In this document: positions 13,218-25,160 of the stretch, piece after piece | Layout of the letters: each line of letters starts with the position of its first letter | How positions within the stretch are numbered: position 1 is the stretch's first letter | Source of the DNA: Lama glama | Lineage: Eukaryota | DNA length: 64,000 nt | Direction: 5' to 3' | Assembly (NCBI GenBank): GCA_028534125.1 | Contig: CM052818.1 | Coordinates: 23,004,001 to 23,068,000, forward strand | Position numbers and translations under genes: made by a program | The notes under the pieces: model-generated | What the model was told of the DNA's origin: nothing | Databases searched by the model: none | The model's input: the letters and a program-made list of their open reading frames with translations, nothing else

Positions 13218-13700
13218 TCTTGCCACCTACGTTACAAGCAATATAAACCAGTTCTGTCTACGTTTCCTGCTGCCTTCCCAGATAGTTCCAGAGCAAATCC
13301 CAGCTCTCTAAATCTTACGACATACTTTACATTCTGAGGAAATCCTCCCGGTCCAGATGGCCTACCACAAAGCACTTCTATGTTGGCACAAATAAAACCT
13401 TAAGAAGATAGTTTTTCTCCTGCCCCTTTGCTCTCTGATCTAAAGAAGTTTCCTACTTATTTATAAAGAGAGACAAAGAAACTGAAGGAGAGAGCAAACA
13501 CAGCACGCAGGCAAAAGAGGGGTAAGGATATAGACAAAAAACTTAGGCTGCTTTGGGGAGTGGCTAAATTCCAGGCACAGGCAGAAACACATGAATTAAT
13601 GCACCACATGAATATTCACTACAGTTACTTGGCTGTCCTCAGGCACTACTTCTCTGATCTTCTTTTAATTGGTTAGGAGTAAGGTACAACTGCTTCAAAT
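13218..13700 (-). promoter_or_regulatory. Putative internal EML4 promoter and leader for the alternative exon
   Basis: TATAAATA on the minus strand at 13465-13458 overlaps a MEF2-type TTATTTATAA (13457-13466). CCAAT on the minus strand at 13672-13668. No recognisable repeats in this stretch. Confidence 0.5.
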
Positions 13701-15289
13701 ACAAAAACCTAGTTTATGTTTTCTGAAACTAAAACACAGTTTCACATGTTTCTATAAATAACAGAATTAAAACCCCCGAAGTGAGCATTTTCTCTACTAG
13801 GAAATAAACAATGTGTGTGCTAAGTGGCAAGTCACATTTCCTTTTTCCTTCTGCTTTTATTTAAAATGAAATGAAATCCACATGAACTGTAAAGAAACCA
13901 AAGAATGACCACTTCTCATTAATTCTTAAAACCTAAGTGTTAAGACTAACATGGCTGATTACAACCATCTCACTAAAGCAAAATAATAAATACAATTAAA
14001 AGCGCAAATAGTCATTTTTGTTAATTCAATAATTTTCCAAATTATTTTAAAATAATACAACTGTACTAGTAACTAACCTATAATTATTTACAACTGGTCA
14101 GAAATTCCAATTTTAAACCACTTACATTTACAATAATGTAAAAGTACAAGGGAATTCAAATTATAAATATCTTTAGTCTCTTACAAAACCATGTAAAACC
14201 AGGTGAAAGTTAATGAATGTAACATGTATTTATTCTTTTGATAACTACTTCTAAGCCTAATTAAAGAACAAATTCATGAAGATAAGTGTCAAAACAGAGC
14301 TCCTGGTGGATTACCTCTTCGGTTTGTTCCTTTGATGCTTTATATTTATAGTTGAGAAAAGCAAATTTAAACCAATCCAAAGTAAAACAGAAACAACAAG
14401 ACTACTATAAGCACACACACATATACCAAAAAAAAAATACTGTGAAATGGATGAAAACTAAACCAAACTGAAGATTAAGAACTGTGCTACAAAGATTGAG
14501 ATAAGGATAAAACAATCGCAAAGGTGATAAAAGATAGAGGAATGGAGCAAACTGATCTAGATTAATATTTATAAAAGCCTTTATGGAAAAAAGTAGAAAC
14601 CATTAAGAGTGTTTCCACAAGTGAGACTCAGGAAAGTACTTTTCTTTCAATTAATACCTGGTACAGATTCATCAAAATATAGGAGCTACTTGAAAGATTA
14701 ACAGGAGTTAAGTGGGCTGGGGTGTGTGTGGAATGTGTGTGAAACAAATGACATTTAGGAGAGACCACATAGGATGAATAAAAGCAGAATGGAAAATACA
14801 GTAATACAAAAGAAACGTAGTGCCAGGCACAGACTAGGAAGGAGTTCAGATTCTGGCTACTGATGGGTGAGAGGCTCTGAAGCATACTGTACATCATCAC
14901 ACTTTTCTTCAATCACCAGGCAAATTTAAGACTAGTTTTATAACTCAGGTGTCAACCACCCTTCTTTACAACAAATGTAGCCCAATTAAATGACTGCTCA
15001 CTGACTCCTAAGGTTAAAGGAACTATCGAGAAGTTCTGTAACCTACTGCTTTCTAACCAGTACATAATAGAAAGGCTCCTCTTAAGCATTACAGTACATG
15101 GGCTTCTTTTTGCCACCTCCCATTTGTAGACTGCAACTGATCTGTAGATTATATACCTTGGGCATTCCTGTCTTCTCAAATCAAAATATGATTTCAGGCC
15201 AGAAAGCATGTGGTTCCTAATCTCAGTTTAGTTTCTGTGAATCATCTCTCTTTACTATTACAGCCAAATATCTTTCCCAAAAGGACTAC

Positions 15290-16400
15290 TCATTCATTCA
15301 AGTATTTGAGTACTATTATGTATAGAAATTCTTCAAGATGCTGAAGAGTATTAAAAGCAATTTTACTAACAGAATTTTACACACTTGAAATTAGAACTGA
15401 AAGAACTGATTTAAGAGATGTTACTCAAGACACAGGATTGATGGAATACGGTCACTGATCGAACTAGATAAAAAGTAGAGGAGGGTTCCCATGTGCTATT
15501 CGGACACTGAGTAAATGGTTAGGTAATATTCACTGAGATAGGAAAAAAGGAAAAGAAAGAAGGTGGGGAATGAAGAAGTAGAATGATGAGAGGTTTTGGA
15601 CCTGCTGAGTTTGAGGTCACAGCAACAAAAGTGTAACCAGGCCTTGGGCTAAGATAAAAGGCCTAAACTAGAGATGTACATTTAGAAACTATATTAGGAT
15701 ATAACTGACAGCTAGAGTCATGAAAATTGATGACTGGGAGTGAGGAGAGAATAGAGTCAAGGCTATTTCTAGGACAGCCAGAAGGAAAGGAATGTGAAGA
15801 GAACATAGAATAAAAACTGTCAGAAAGGTAGTCATAGATTCAGGAAAAGACTAATCATTTCAAAGACTGAAAAAACATCAAAAGACAAGGACTGAAAATG
15901 GTCCACTGGATTTGGTAATTATTAGGGAACCTTTACCAGAGAAGTTTCAGTGGAGTAATAGGGACAGAAGCATGAGTACAAGGTACCGAGTTATGACTGG
16001 GAGGTAAGAAAGTCTTTTTAAGGAATCTGGCTGAAGATGGACAGAGGGGGAAATGGAATGAGGAGTTGGGAATGAGTTGTGCAAGGCTGTTGATGGGGTT
16101 TTTGTTCAAGATGGAGGAGCAGTACATTTATAAGGTTTGGGGAAGGAAACAATGACAAACTGAGTTGTACTAACACAAGAGTGCACCTAGCAAAGCTCTT
16201 GGGTTAGAGAAGATGTGAAGGGCTAAAGCAGACAACACAGGCCAAAGGATGAGCCTGAAAAAGGGCCACTTTTATTTAATAAAGGGAAGAAGAGAGCAGG
16301 CCCAGATATTTGTTTTTATACCTAAATGTTTTATCTGTCAAACTGGAGACAAGGTTACCTGCTAAGAGAAGCTGGTTAAAGCTTAAGCTAAGTAGTGAAG
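15290..16400 (-). mobile_element. L2 fragments
   Basis: cattcattcaagtatttgagtac 3' end; ttttggacctgctgagtttgagg; aggactgaaaatggtccactggatttgg. Confidence 0.7.
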
Positions 16401-16489
16401 TGTGGAATTGTCTATACCATCCTACTCATCACATTGTAGGATACTGTTAATTAGCTTTTAATAAAGTTACATTTAAAATCCCTAATTAA

Positions 16490-16686
16490 TTCATTAAAAA
16501 CATCTTTTAAAAATGAAGAAAAAATAAAAACTTTCTGAAACAAAACACTGTGAAAATATATTGCCAGCAAACCTACTCTACAAGAAATACTAAAAGAAGT
16601 ACTTCAGGCAGAAAGTTTATGATACCAGACAAAAACCTAAACCCACACAAAGAAATAAAACAAATGAAAGCAAAAAAAAAAAAATT
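16490..16686 (+). mobile_element. L1 ORF1 3' end with poly(A) and TSD (HAL1-like or prematurely polyadenylated L1)
   Basis: Decayed translation TSFKNEEKIKTF*NKTL*KYIASKPTLQEILKEVLQAE matches the L1 ORF1p C-terminus. AATAAA at 16654, A-run from 16672, flanking repeat aaatccctaa at 16476 and 16687. Confidence 0.75.
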
Positions 16687-17441
16687 AAATCCCTAACTAT
16701 ATTGTGAAGCTCTCTAGGGAAGACTCTAGAGAAGTTCTTTTTTTTCCCTCCACACCTGAAAACTACCACATGTAGCAGTAACTCTCCAAACAGTGGATGA
16801 TTTAATGTAGCTGTGCTTTAGAATCAGCAGCAAAGATAGGATGAAACAAGGGACGAGACAGAGACCCCTATTACCTCAGTGCCATACAGAGGACTGCGGC
16901 TGCTTTAGCAGAACAGAACCCCCATGTGAGAAGTTGCATGGAACTGGGTGGAGGATCTGGAAGAAACACTTTTAGCCAATGACTATATGATAGAAAAGAC
17001 ACATCTCTCTCCTACTTTCTTCACTATCCTAAATATTTCTTCCCTTTTTGGCTGCTTCTTTCTATGAATATCCTTCTTTCCTCTTTAGGACCTGGACTAC
17101 AAGACTGATCAATCAATTGATTGATCTAACTCCCTGCCTTTCTCCCCACCCCTTTTCCCCTCTCTCTGCCACAATATGCCTAAAGTGAAGTATATTTTTG
17201 TTACTGCTGTCATAGTTCTAGAGATTTAGCTTAACCAAGGGGTTAGATATTTTTGCACTACTGAGCCTCAACCCAGACTTAATTTCATTAGATTTTTCTT
17301 TTTATTTTTTTTATAAGTAAATGAGCTAAAATGCTTATATTTCTCATTTTAAAAAATCCATTTTATTCCCCTCCCTAATTTTTCTGACAAACTCATAGCT
17401 TCCTACAGGTTATTTAATTCTAAACTCACTCATTCACATTT

Positions 17442-17472
17442 TCTCTCTCTCTCTCTCTCTCATACACACACC
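17442..17472. repeat. (TC)n-(CA)n compound microsatellite
   Basis: Directly visible. Confidence 0.85.
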
Positions 17473-19559
17473 CCCCCTGAGTTAATCACTGGCCCTTGGC
17501 AGAAAATACAAGCATGTCTTGCTTTTAAGAAAAATATTCTATTATGTAAGTTTTCATTAGAAAAATTGTTCTTGGAAAACAAAGTTCATGTGTAACTGAA
17601 AACTTATTTAATGTGCAAATAATGGTTAAAAACACAATGCTGGATTTAGATTATCTGGATTCAAAAACTGGCTTCACCATCTAATAAATATACAACCCTC
17701 TCCTCCTCTTCTTCCAGATGGTTTCATGGGGATATCCAACTTCCATAACTCAACTGGGTAATTTAATCCATTCCTTACTTTAGCTACGTTATGGATTAAG
17801 AGCCCTCTGTGGCCTGGCTTAAGTAAGTCAAGTTTTTAAACTTCTCCATGCCTCAGTTTCCTCATCTTTAAAATGAGGCCAAGAGCACCTAACATATAAA
17901 ATTATAGAAAATTTAAAACATAAATTGTTAAAGGGCATTTTAAAAAATGACAGTTAAGAACTAAAATAATTATTAAAATTCTAAAATAAAGGCCTGGTAA
18001 ACCCACACCTAGACTGCCTTAATTCTTAAGGATCCGTAAGCTTTGTGGCACCAGGCACCTAACTGGTCACAGACCTACTGAAACAGTCTCTGAAACACCA
18101 GCAGAAAGAGATGCTGCATTATTTTACTAATTGCTTGTTCTCTAAATTCCATTTCACTATCAGAAAGTTAAAAAGACTAAATTGGAATTAGCAGGAAAGA
18201 TTCAAAACAACACAAAAAATGTGTTATTTGATAACCATCTTTAATATTTGGTGAGCTTCAATTATATGCCATTCATTGCTAGGGTTTGAATAAGATGGTC
18301 TTCAAACCTAAGAAGCACGGATGAGGGAGAGAGACAAATGTAAAGAAGTAAGTACTGGAGTATAATACAACACTGTCCTGATGAATAATACACAGAAAAT
18401 AGTGGGACTCAAAAAAGGAAATTAGTCAATTTTTAATGAGGAGGAAGGATGAAAGTCTGGTCTCTGGAACAAGTTATTTTTCTACTAAAAGAAAAATATT
18501 GATGAGAACTTTTAAAAAAGCAATGCAACTGGAGAGCTCACTCTGTAAGCCTATAAAACATCAGGCAAAAATACAATTTCTAAACAAGATTATAGATATA
18601 ACCCAAATGATATGATTGTTTAAGTATTAAATATGAAAATTTAAATGATCTAAGTACATGATAATTTAGCCTACTTAAAAAAAAAAAAGAGGAGGAAGAG
18701 GCAGGGAAAGGAAGAGAGCCAGAGGAAATACATCAATTAATAACTGTGAGTTGTATCTATAAAACTCATCAACTTCGTTCCTAAAACTATGTAACTGAAT
18801 GACATATTTATTGCAGTGTGCCACACAAAACTGAGTTCTTTGACCATGAGCACGTTTAGGGTTTTTGTTAGGGACGGGTTGTCAAAGGAATAGCCTTAAC
18901 AGGCCCATATCAATTTTGAAAGCAGACAGAATGTAATTCTTTAAAAGATGACAAGGGGTACTATTTTCTATGCATATAAAATGTGGAAAAAATTGGATTA
19001 AACATATATATATATTACAAGAACTAAGAAAATTTGCCTTCTGAGGGGATTCCCTTTCTTGAACCTCAGAGAAACTGTGTGGGATCCTGCTACTACAATC
19101 GAAACTATATTTTAATACAACTTCCATCCAATCAATCACAGGCCAAGTGCTCTGGCTGAGAATTATTGTGCAGTATATGCATCTTTATTCAGAATTTAAG
19201 TATATCTGGAAGATCTAACATATTAATTTTTCTTTAAATGACTTTCATACTAAGCCCAAACTGGCAGAAACTCTCTTCCTAATTCACTTGTAAATGTGCC
19301 TTGGACACTCAAATGGGAGACCTAACACACTAGTAGATAACCTTAAAGGTACAGTTAACACATGTGTGCAAATCATTACCACTCATTTGTCAATTAATTT
19401 AGGTAGCATTATTTCTTTAAAAATTAAACACATTTTCAGACTTTCACAAAATATTTATTCATTTTACATTTTACTGAGTGACTAATTTGTCGGGCACCGT
19501 GTTAAATCCCAAGGACACAAATTCAAATTCAGTTCTTCCCACTTCAAAAAGTAAAAGAT

Positions 19560-20205
19560 TTTAAAGGCAAAAATTAAACACAGATAATATATAAAAAATA
19601 TGTAAATACTGCCTGCAAATCAATAATACTAGACATAACCTAAGAGAAAAATGTGGAAAAACATATGAATAGGCAAACTTCTGTTTGTAGGGAAGGAGGG
19701 AAGATTGATCATCCTCACTGATCAAATTAAAATCTACTATTTCACATCCATTAAATAAACAAAAACTTACATTATGTCAACACCAAATGCTGGCATCAGA
19801 ACTTTCATACACTTTGAAAGGAAGTATATATTAATAAATTACTTGGGAGAATAATTCAGCAAAATTTACTAAATTTGAAGGTACTCTACAACCCTACAAC
19901 CCCACTGTCAAAAATATGCAAGGCCCTGAATAGACATGATTCCATTTACATAAAATGTCCAGAACAGGCAAATGTGTAACAGAAAGTAGACTAGTGGTTG
20001 CCTACGGACTATAGGAAATGGAGGAAATGGGGGGAATGGAGAGTGACTGCTCAAAAATACAAAATTTCTTTTTAGGGTGATGAAAACGGTCTAAAATTGA
20101 AGGTTGTACAACCCTGCAAATATATTAAAAACCACTAAGTTGTATACTTTAAATGAGTAAATTGTATGGAATATGAATTATAGCTCAAAAAAAGCTATTA
20201 CCAAA
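19560..20205 (+). mobile_element. L1ME/L1MB 3' fragments
   Basis: atgattccatttacataaaatgtccagaacaggcaaat...agaaagtagactagtggttgcc...aattatagctcaaaaaaagct. Confidence 0.75.
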
Positions 20206-21296
20206 ACAACAACAAACCCTTCATTCAATAAGCAACCAAAAACTCTCCTTTCATAATTTAAATTGCAAATTATACCCCTTAGAAGGTATAAGCGGAATTA
20301 AAATTTTCCTCAAAGTATAAATGACTGGCAGAAGAGCCCATTGAGGCATTATTGAGTATCTGAAAAGGGCACAAGAATCACCTGAATAAGGGTACAGATG
20401 AGGGGGAGAAAAGAAGCTGCAGTTCTAAGGGTAACTTTTTCATAATGTAGCCTAGAACCAGCATTGCTTAAGAGTCTATTACCTATATTTACTAAATTGT
20501 CCAAAGATTAATGAAAATGTAATAAATAGCCTTTGTAAACAAAGATGTTACTCACTGTATCTAGATGTGTTTTAGTGAGGATGTTTTTCCTATACTGTGA
20601 GAGATCTGGGCTAAGTAGGTCAAAATCTCTCACATGGCACTCTTGTAATAGGGACAGACTTCTTGAAAGCTAGGAGAGGAAAGATGACTGGCTAGAGTGA
20701 AATTTGCAATTTGCGGCTGCTGACATTTAAGATCCCTTCAAAAACAGAAAGAAAAACAAAATGTTGAGATGATGATGAAATGTCAGCTCTTCTAAAGCAT
20801 GTCTTTACAAGTGTAAATGGCTTAGCCTATTTAGTCAGCAAGAAATTGAAAATTAAAATAATTTTTACTGATCTTATGGGGGGGGGGGAGGCAAATAGTG
20901 GCCAGAGTGCTAGGACATAGGCAGTTGTACTGGTGCATTTATGAACTGCTACAAACTTTCTGAAAAATAATCTGGCAATAGCTATTTAAATTAATTAAAA
21001 TTACACACACATACTCTTTTACACAACAATGTATGTAGTAGGGAAAGAAGGGACTATAAACGGATCTAAAAATCTACCAAGGTGAGATGAGGTGAAATGA
21101 AATATGGTATCTAAATATGGAATATTGTGCACTATATATCAGTGTGGTGTGAAAGGCTATTTATGAGCAGTGGATAAGTGGGAAAAGGTAGTTGCTAGTA
21201 AGGATAATATAATGCATATCTATTGTATATACAGTGTATTTTATATCCTATTTAAAAAAAAACACAAATAAATGACACAATCTGTTTATACAGAAC

Positions 21297-21611
21297 AGGG
21301 GTCTGCAAACTTTTTCTATAATGGACCAGAAAGTAAATACTTTAGGCTTTGCAAGTCAAAAGATCTCTATCCCAATTACTGCACTCTGCTGTTGTTAGAA
21401 TGCCATAGACAGTATCTCAACAAATGGTCCAACAGAACTGTTATTTCTGAACACTAAAATTAGAATTTCATGTAATTTCATGAGTCTTGAAATATTATTC
21501 TTTTGATTTTCCCAACCATTTAAAAATAATATTAAAAATATTCCTAGATCACAAGGATGTACATACAAAAATAGCAGACTTGGTGCAAGAGCTACAGTTT
21601 GTCAACCACTG
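21297..21611. mobile_element. MER58B-like hAT-Charlie MITE
   Basis: caggggtctgcaaac...gtttgtcaaccactg termini and a characteristic interior. Confidence 0.8.
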
Positions 21612-22329
21612 ATGCAGAATGCAAATGAAACTGTTAACAAGAGTTATCTTGTGTAAAGTTTGACTTGTTAAAATGAGCAAGCATATATTTATAATTTTAA
21701 AATATGTAAAATAATTTTAAAAGTATCTTCTCAAACGACAGGAATCAGTTTTAATGATAAATAATTTTTATTAGTAAGGCTGAGAAACTGTCTTCATAAT
21801 GAAAGTAGGTGGTGTATTAATTTTATGACTATTTCTTCATGGCTACAGAGAGAGAAGAATAAAGAGAAAATAGAGAAGGTTAACTTTCAATTTTTATTTA
21901 GGCCCAAATTAGAGAAGTTGGTATTTCATGGTACTTCTTGTTTCAGAGAGTAAAATCTTTGCTTACTTATAGTGAGGATTCTCAAGCTGGTAGTCAAGCT
22001 GGTAGAAATGATAAAGTTCTACAATAAGGAAAAACACAATCCTTCTGAGGAAAAATATGAGACTATTCAATCAGAGTTCTATGAGAGGATAAATATATTC
22101 ACATTTTAAGAAAACATTTCCTAGGCTTCCCTCGACAGAGCGTATTTAAAAAAAAAAAAAAAAAACACCAACATGTAGTTCAAAGGACCTGATATTGTGA
22201 ATAAGGAAGTGACTGAGAGACAGAAAAGAAGTTATTTTCCAAGCTTATATCATATACCCAACACTGTATTAGGTCTATGGTAGGATATTAAAGTGATTTA
22301 AGAGATAAACCTTACTCTCAAGGAGCTTT

Positions 22330-25160
22330 CAAAGATGCAAAAATCCTAAAGAAAATATTAGCAAACCAAATGCAGTAATGTATTAAAAAGATAATAAATC
22401 ACCATCAAGTTGAATTTATTGCAATCAACCAATGAAATTTATCACCTTACAGAAAATAAGATCATGTTCATTTCAACAAACAAAAGGCATTTCATAAAAT
22501 GTAATATCCATTCAAAACAAAAATGTTAAATACTCTGAATAGAAGGAAACATTTTTAATCTGATAACTACAAATAGAAGGGAACATTCATAATCTGTTAA
22601 AAAGGCATTGTGTCAGATTATTATTTTCCGTATTTCTCTCTAGCGAGGCACACATATACATAAATAAATATATGTATGTACACCAACCCTAGTGCTCTTC
22701 TTACAATGTCACTGACAGACATTCCTTTACCAAAAAGCAGGTTCTATATTCCCTCCTCTTGTAACTGGGTAAGGTCTTGTGACTACAGTATGGCAAAAGT
22801 GATGCTTACATGACTTCTGAGACCGGGTTCTACAAAGGATATAGCTTCCATATAGCTTTCTCTCTCTTTGGCCATGCTTGGTTTAGGAGAAAACAGCCAC
22901 CATGCAGTGAGGAAGTTCACACTAACCCACTCAGAGAGACCACATGGAAAAACTAAAGTAGAGAAGAAATGAGGCTCCCTGACGGAAGCCAGCATCAAAA
23001 ACCAGACATATGAGTAAATTTGCCTTCAGATGATTCTTTCCCTCTACTTGGCATCTTGCAGCCAAGGTGTGAGACAACACTTGAGAGAGAAGCCTTCCAT
23101 GGTGTGCCCTATCTAAATTCCTAATCTATAGGATCCATGTTTGAAATAAATGGCTGCTTTATGCCACTAAATTTTTACTTGGTTATGCAACCATAATAAC
23201 CAGAACATGCATATACCAAAAAACAAAAAACTACAACATCATATTTAATGCTGAAATATTGAAAGCTTTCCTTTTGAGACAGGGAACAAAAAACCAAGGA
23301 TGCCTACTTTCACCACTTCTATTCTGTACTGCAGTTCTACTCAGTTCAGTAAGACAAGAGAAATAAAGATTAGAAAAGAAATAGAACTGTCATTCACAGA
23401 CAATACAATTAGGTATATAAAAATCCTAAAAACATATAGATAGCTTATTAGAATTAAGTTTAATGATATTGATGGATACAGATAATACACAAAACCAACT
23501 GTATTACTATATTCTAACAAACAGAAAGAGAAAAAATTTTAAGATATTTACAGCAGTACAAAAAAAAGACCTAGGAATAAAAATACTGATATTTAAGACC
23601 TCTGTATATAAAATTAGTAAATATTGTTGAGAGAAATTAAAGACCTAAGTAATTAGATAAATATACCGTGTTCATGGACTGAAGACTCAATGAAAATATG
23701 CCACTTTTACCCAAACTGATCTGGAAATTTAATGCAATATGGAAAAAATTTCAATAATCTGTGTGTGTATGCATGCGTGTATGCTCATGTGCATGGATTT
23801 GATAAAGCTTATTCCGAAGTTTATATGAAAAAGCAAAGGGTCAAGAAGAACTAAAATCCTCTTGAAGAAAAGATAGACGGGAGGAGCACTTGTTCTACTA
23901 GATATCAAGACTTACTATGAAACTATAGCAATTAAGATAGACAAATGGACCCATGGAATTAAAAGAGACTCCAAAAATAACACCCACATACACACCAAAG
24001 GCAGTATTTTAGAGATCTCGGGAAATGAGTCATTCCAATTAATAATGCTCGGTCATATGGATCTCCATATGGGGGAAAAAAATAAAATTTGACCCTTATC
24101 TGAGAACATATTTAAAATATCAATTTCAGGTAGATTGTAGATCTAAGTATGAAAGACAAAACAATAATAAAGCCTTAAGAAAATATTTAAATAAGACAGG
24201 GAAATCACTGATAAAGGAAAAGATTGATAGCAGGATCAGTCTTAAAATTGGGAATGTCTATTCAAAAAGATACCATTAAGAATGAAAAGCTAAGCCAGGA
24301 CAGGAGAAAGTAGTTGGAATAGGTAACTAACAAAGGGCTCATATCCTAAATATACAAAGAATGCCTACAAATCAATTACAAAAAGACCAATAGACAACTG
24401 TGCAAGAGACTTGAATAGAAACTTTATAAAAGAGGTCAAATGGCCAACAATATATAAAAATGTGCTCAACCTTATTAGCAATCAAAATATAATTTGAAAC
24501 CACATTAACATACCACTGCACACTCACCAGATGGCTTACCTTAAAACAACTAACAATATCTAGTGTTGGTGAAGATGTGGAACAACAGGAACTCTTGGAA
24601 GGACTATGTACTGCTACAACCACTACGGAAAACTATTTGGCATTATCTATTAAAGTAGAATAAAAACATTTCTTACAACCCAACAATTCCAGTTCTGTGA
24701 TTATACCCAACAGAAATGTGTACACATGTGTACCAAAAAATACGTACAGGAATCAGAGCAGCATTATACACAATAATCAGACATGGAAACAAACCAAATA
24801 TCCATCAGTATTAGAATGGACAAATAAACTGTGGCATATTCATATAACCAAATATCATTCAGCCATGCTACTGAATGAACTACAGCTATCTACAACAACA
24901 TGGATTAATCTCACAAAGATAATATTCAGCAAAAGAAACTAGATTATAAAAGAATATATGCTTTATGAGTCCACTTTTAGATAAAGTACAAAACCAGGCA
25001 AAACTATACTATATTGTCACAAATCAAGACAGAAGTTATTACCGAAGATGTGAGAAGGGGTAGTAATTGGTAAAAACATAAGGAGGGAGGTCTTTTAGGG
25101 TGATGGGTATGTTCTCTTTACTGACCTGGATTATGATTACATGTGTTATACAGCAATAAA
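22330..25160 (+). mobile_element. Old L1 (L1M/L1ME-type) ORF2 and 3' UTR remnant, interrupted by an MLT1 LTR
   Basis: A-rich ORF2-like motifs (gatgcaaaaatcctaaagaaaatattagcaaac; ccgtgttcatgga; ggaaacaaaccaaatatccatca). The short ORFs at 24372-24942 are typical L1 3' remnants. Confidence 0.85.
22609..23207 (+). mobile_element. MLT1-type MaLR solo LTR nested in L1
   Basis: TG...CA ends, MLT1 motifs (agccaccatgcagtgaggaag, aataaatggctgctttatgccactaa) and a near-TSD ggcat/tgcat. The L1 sequence resumes on both sides. Confidence 0.8.

Noticed and set aside
21982..22005. Short direct duplications (tcaagctggtag x2; similar ones near 2043, 22538 and 48675)
   Set aside because: These are ordinary slippage duplications with no array or spacer structure, and are not CRISPR-like.
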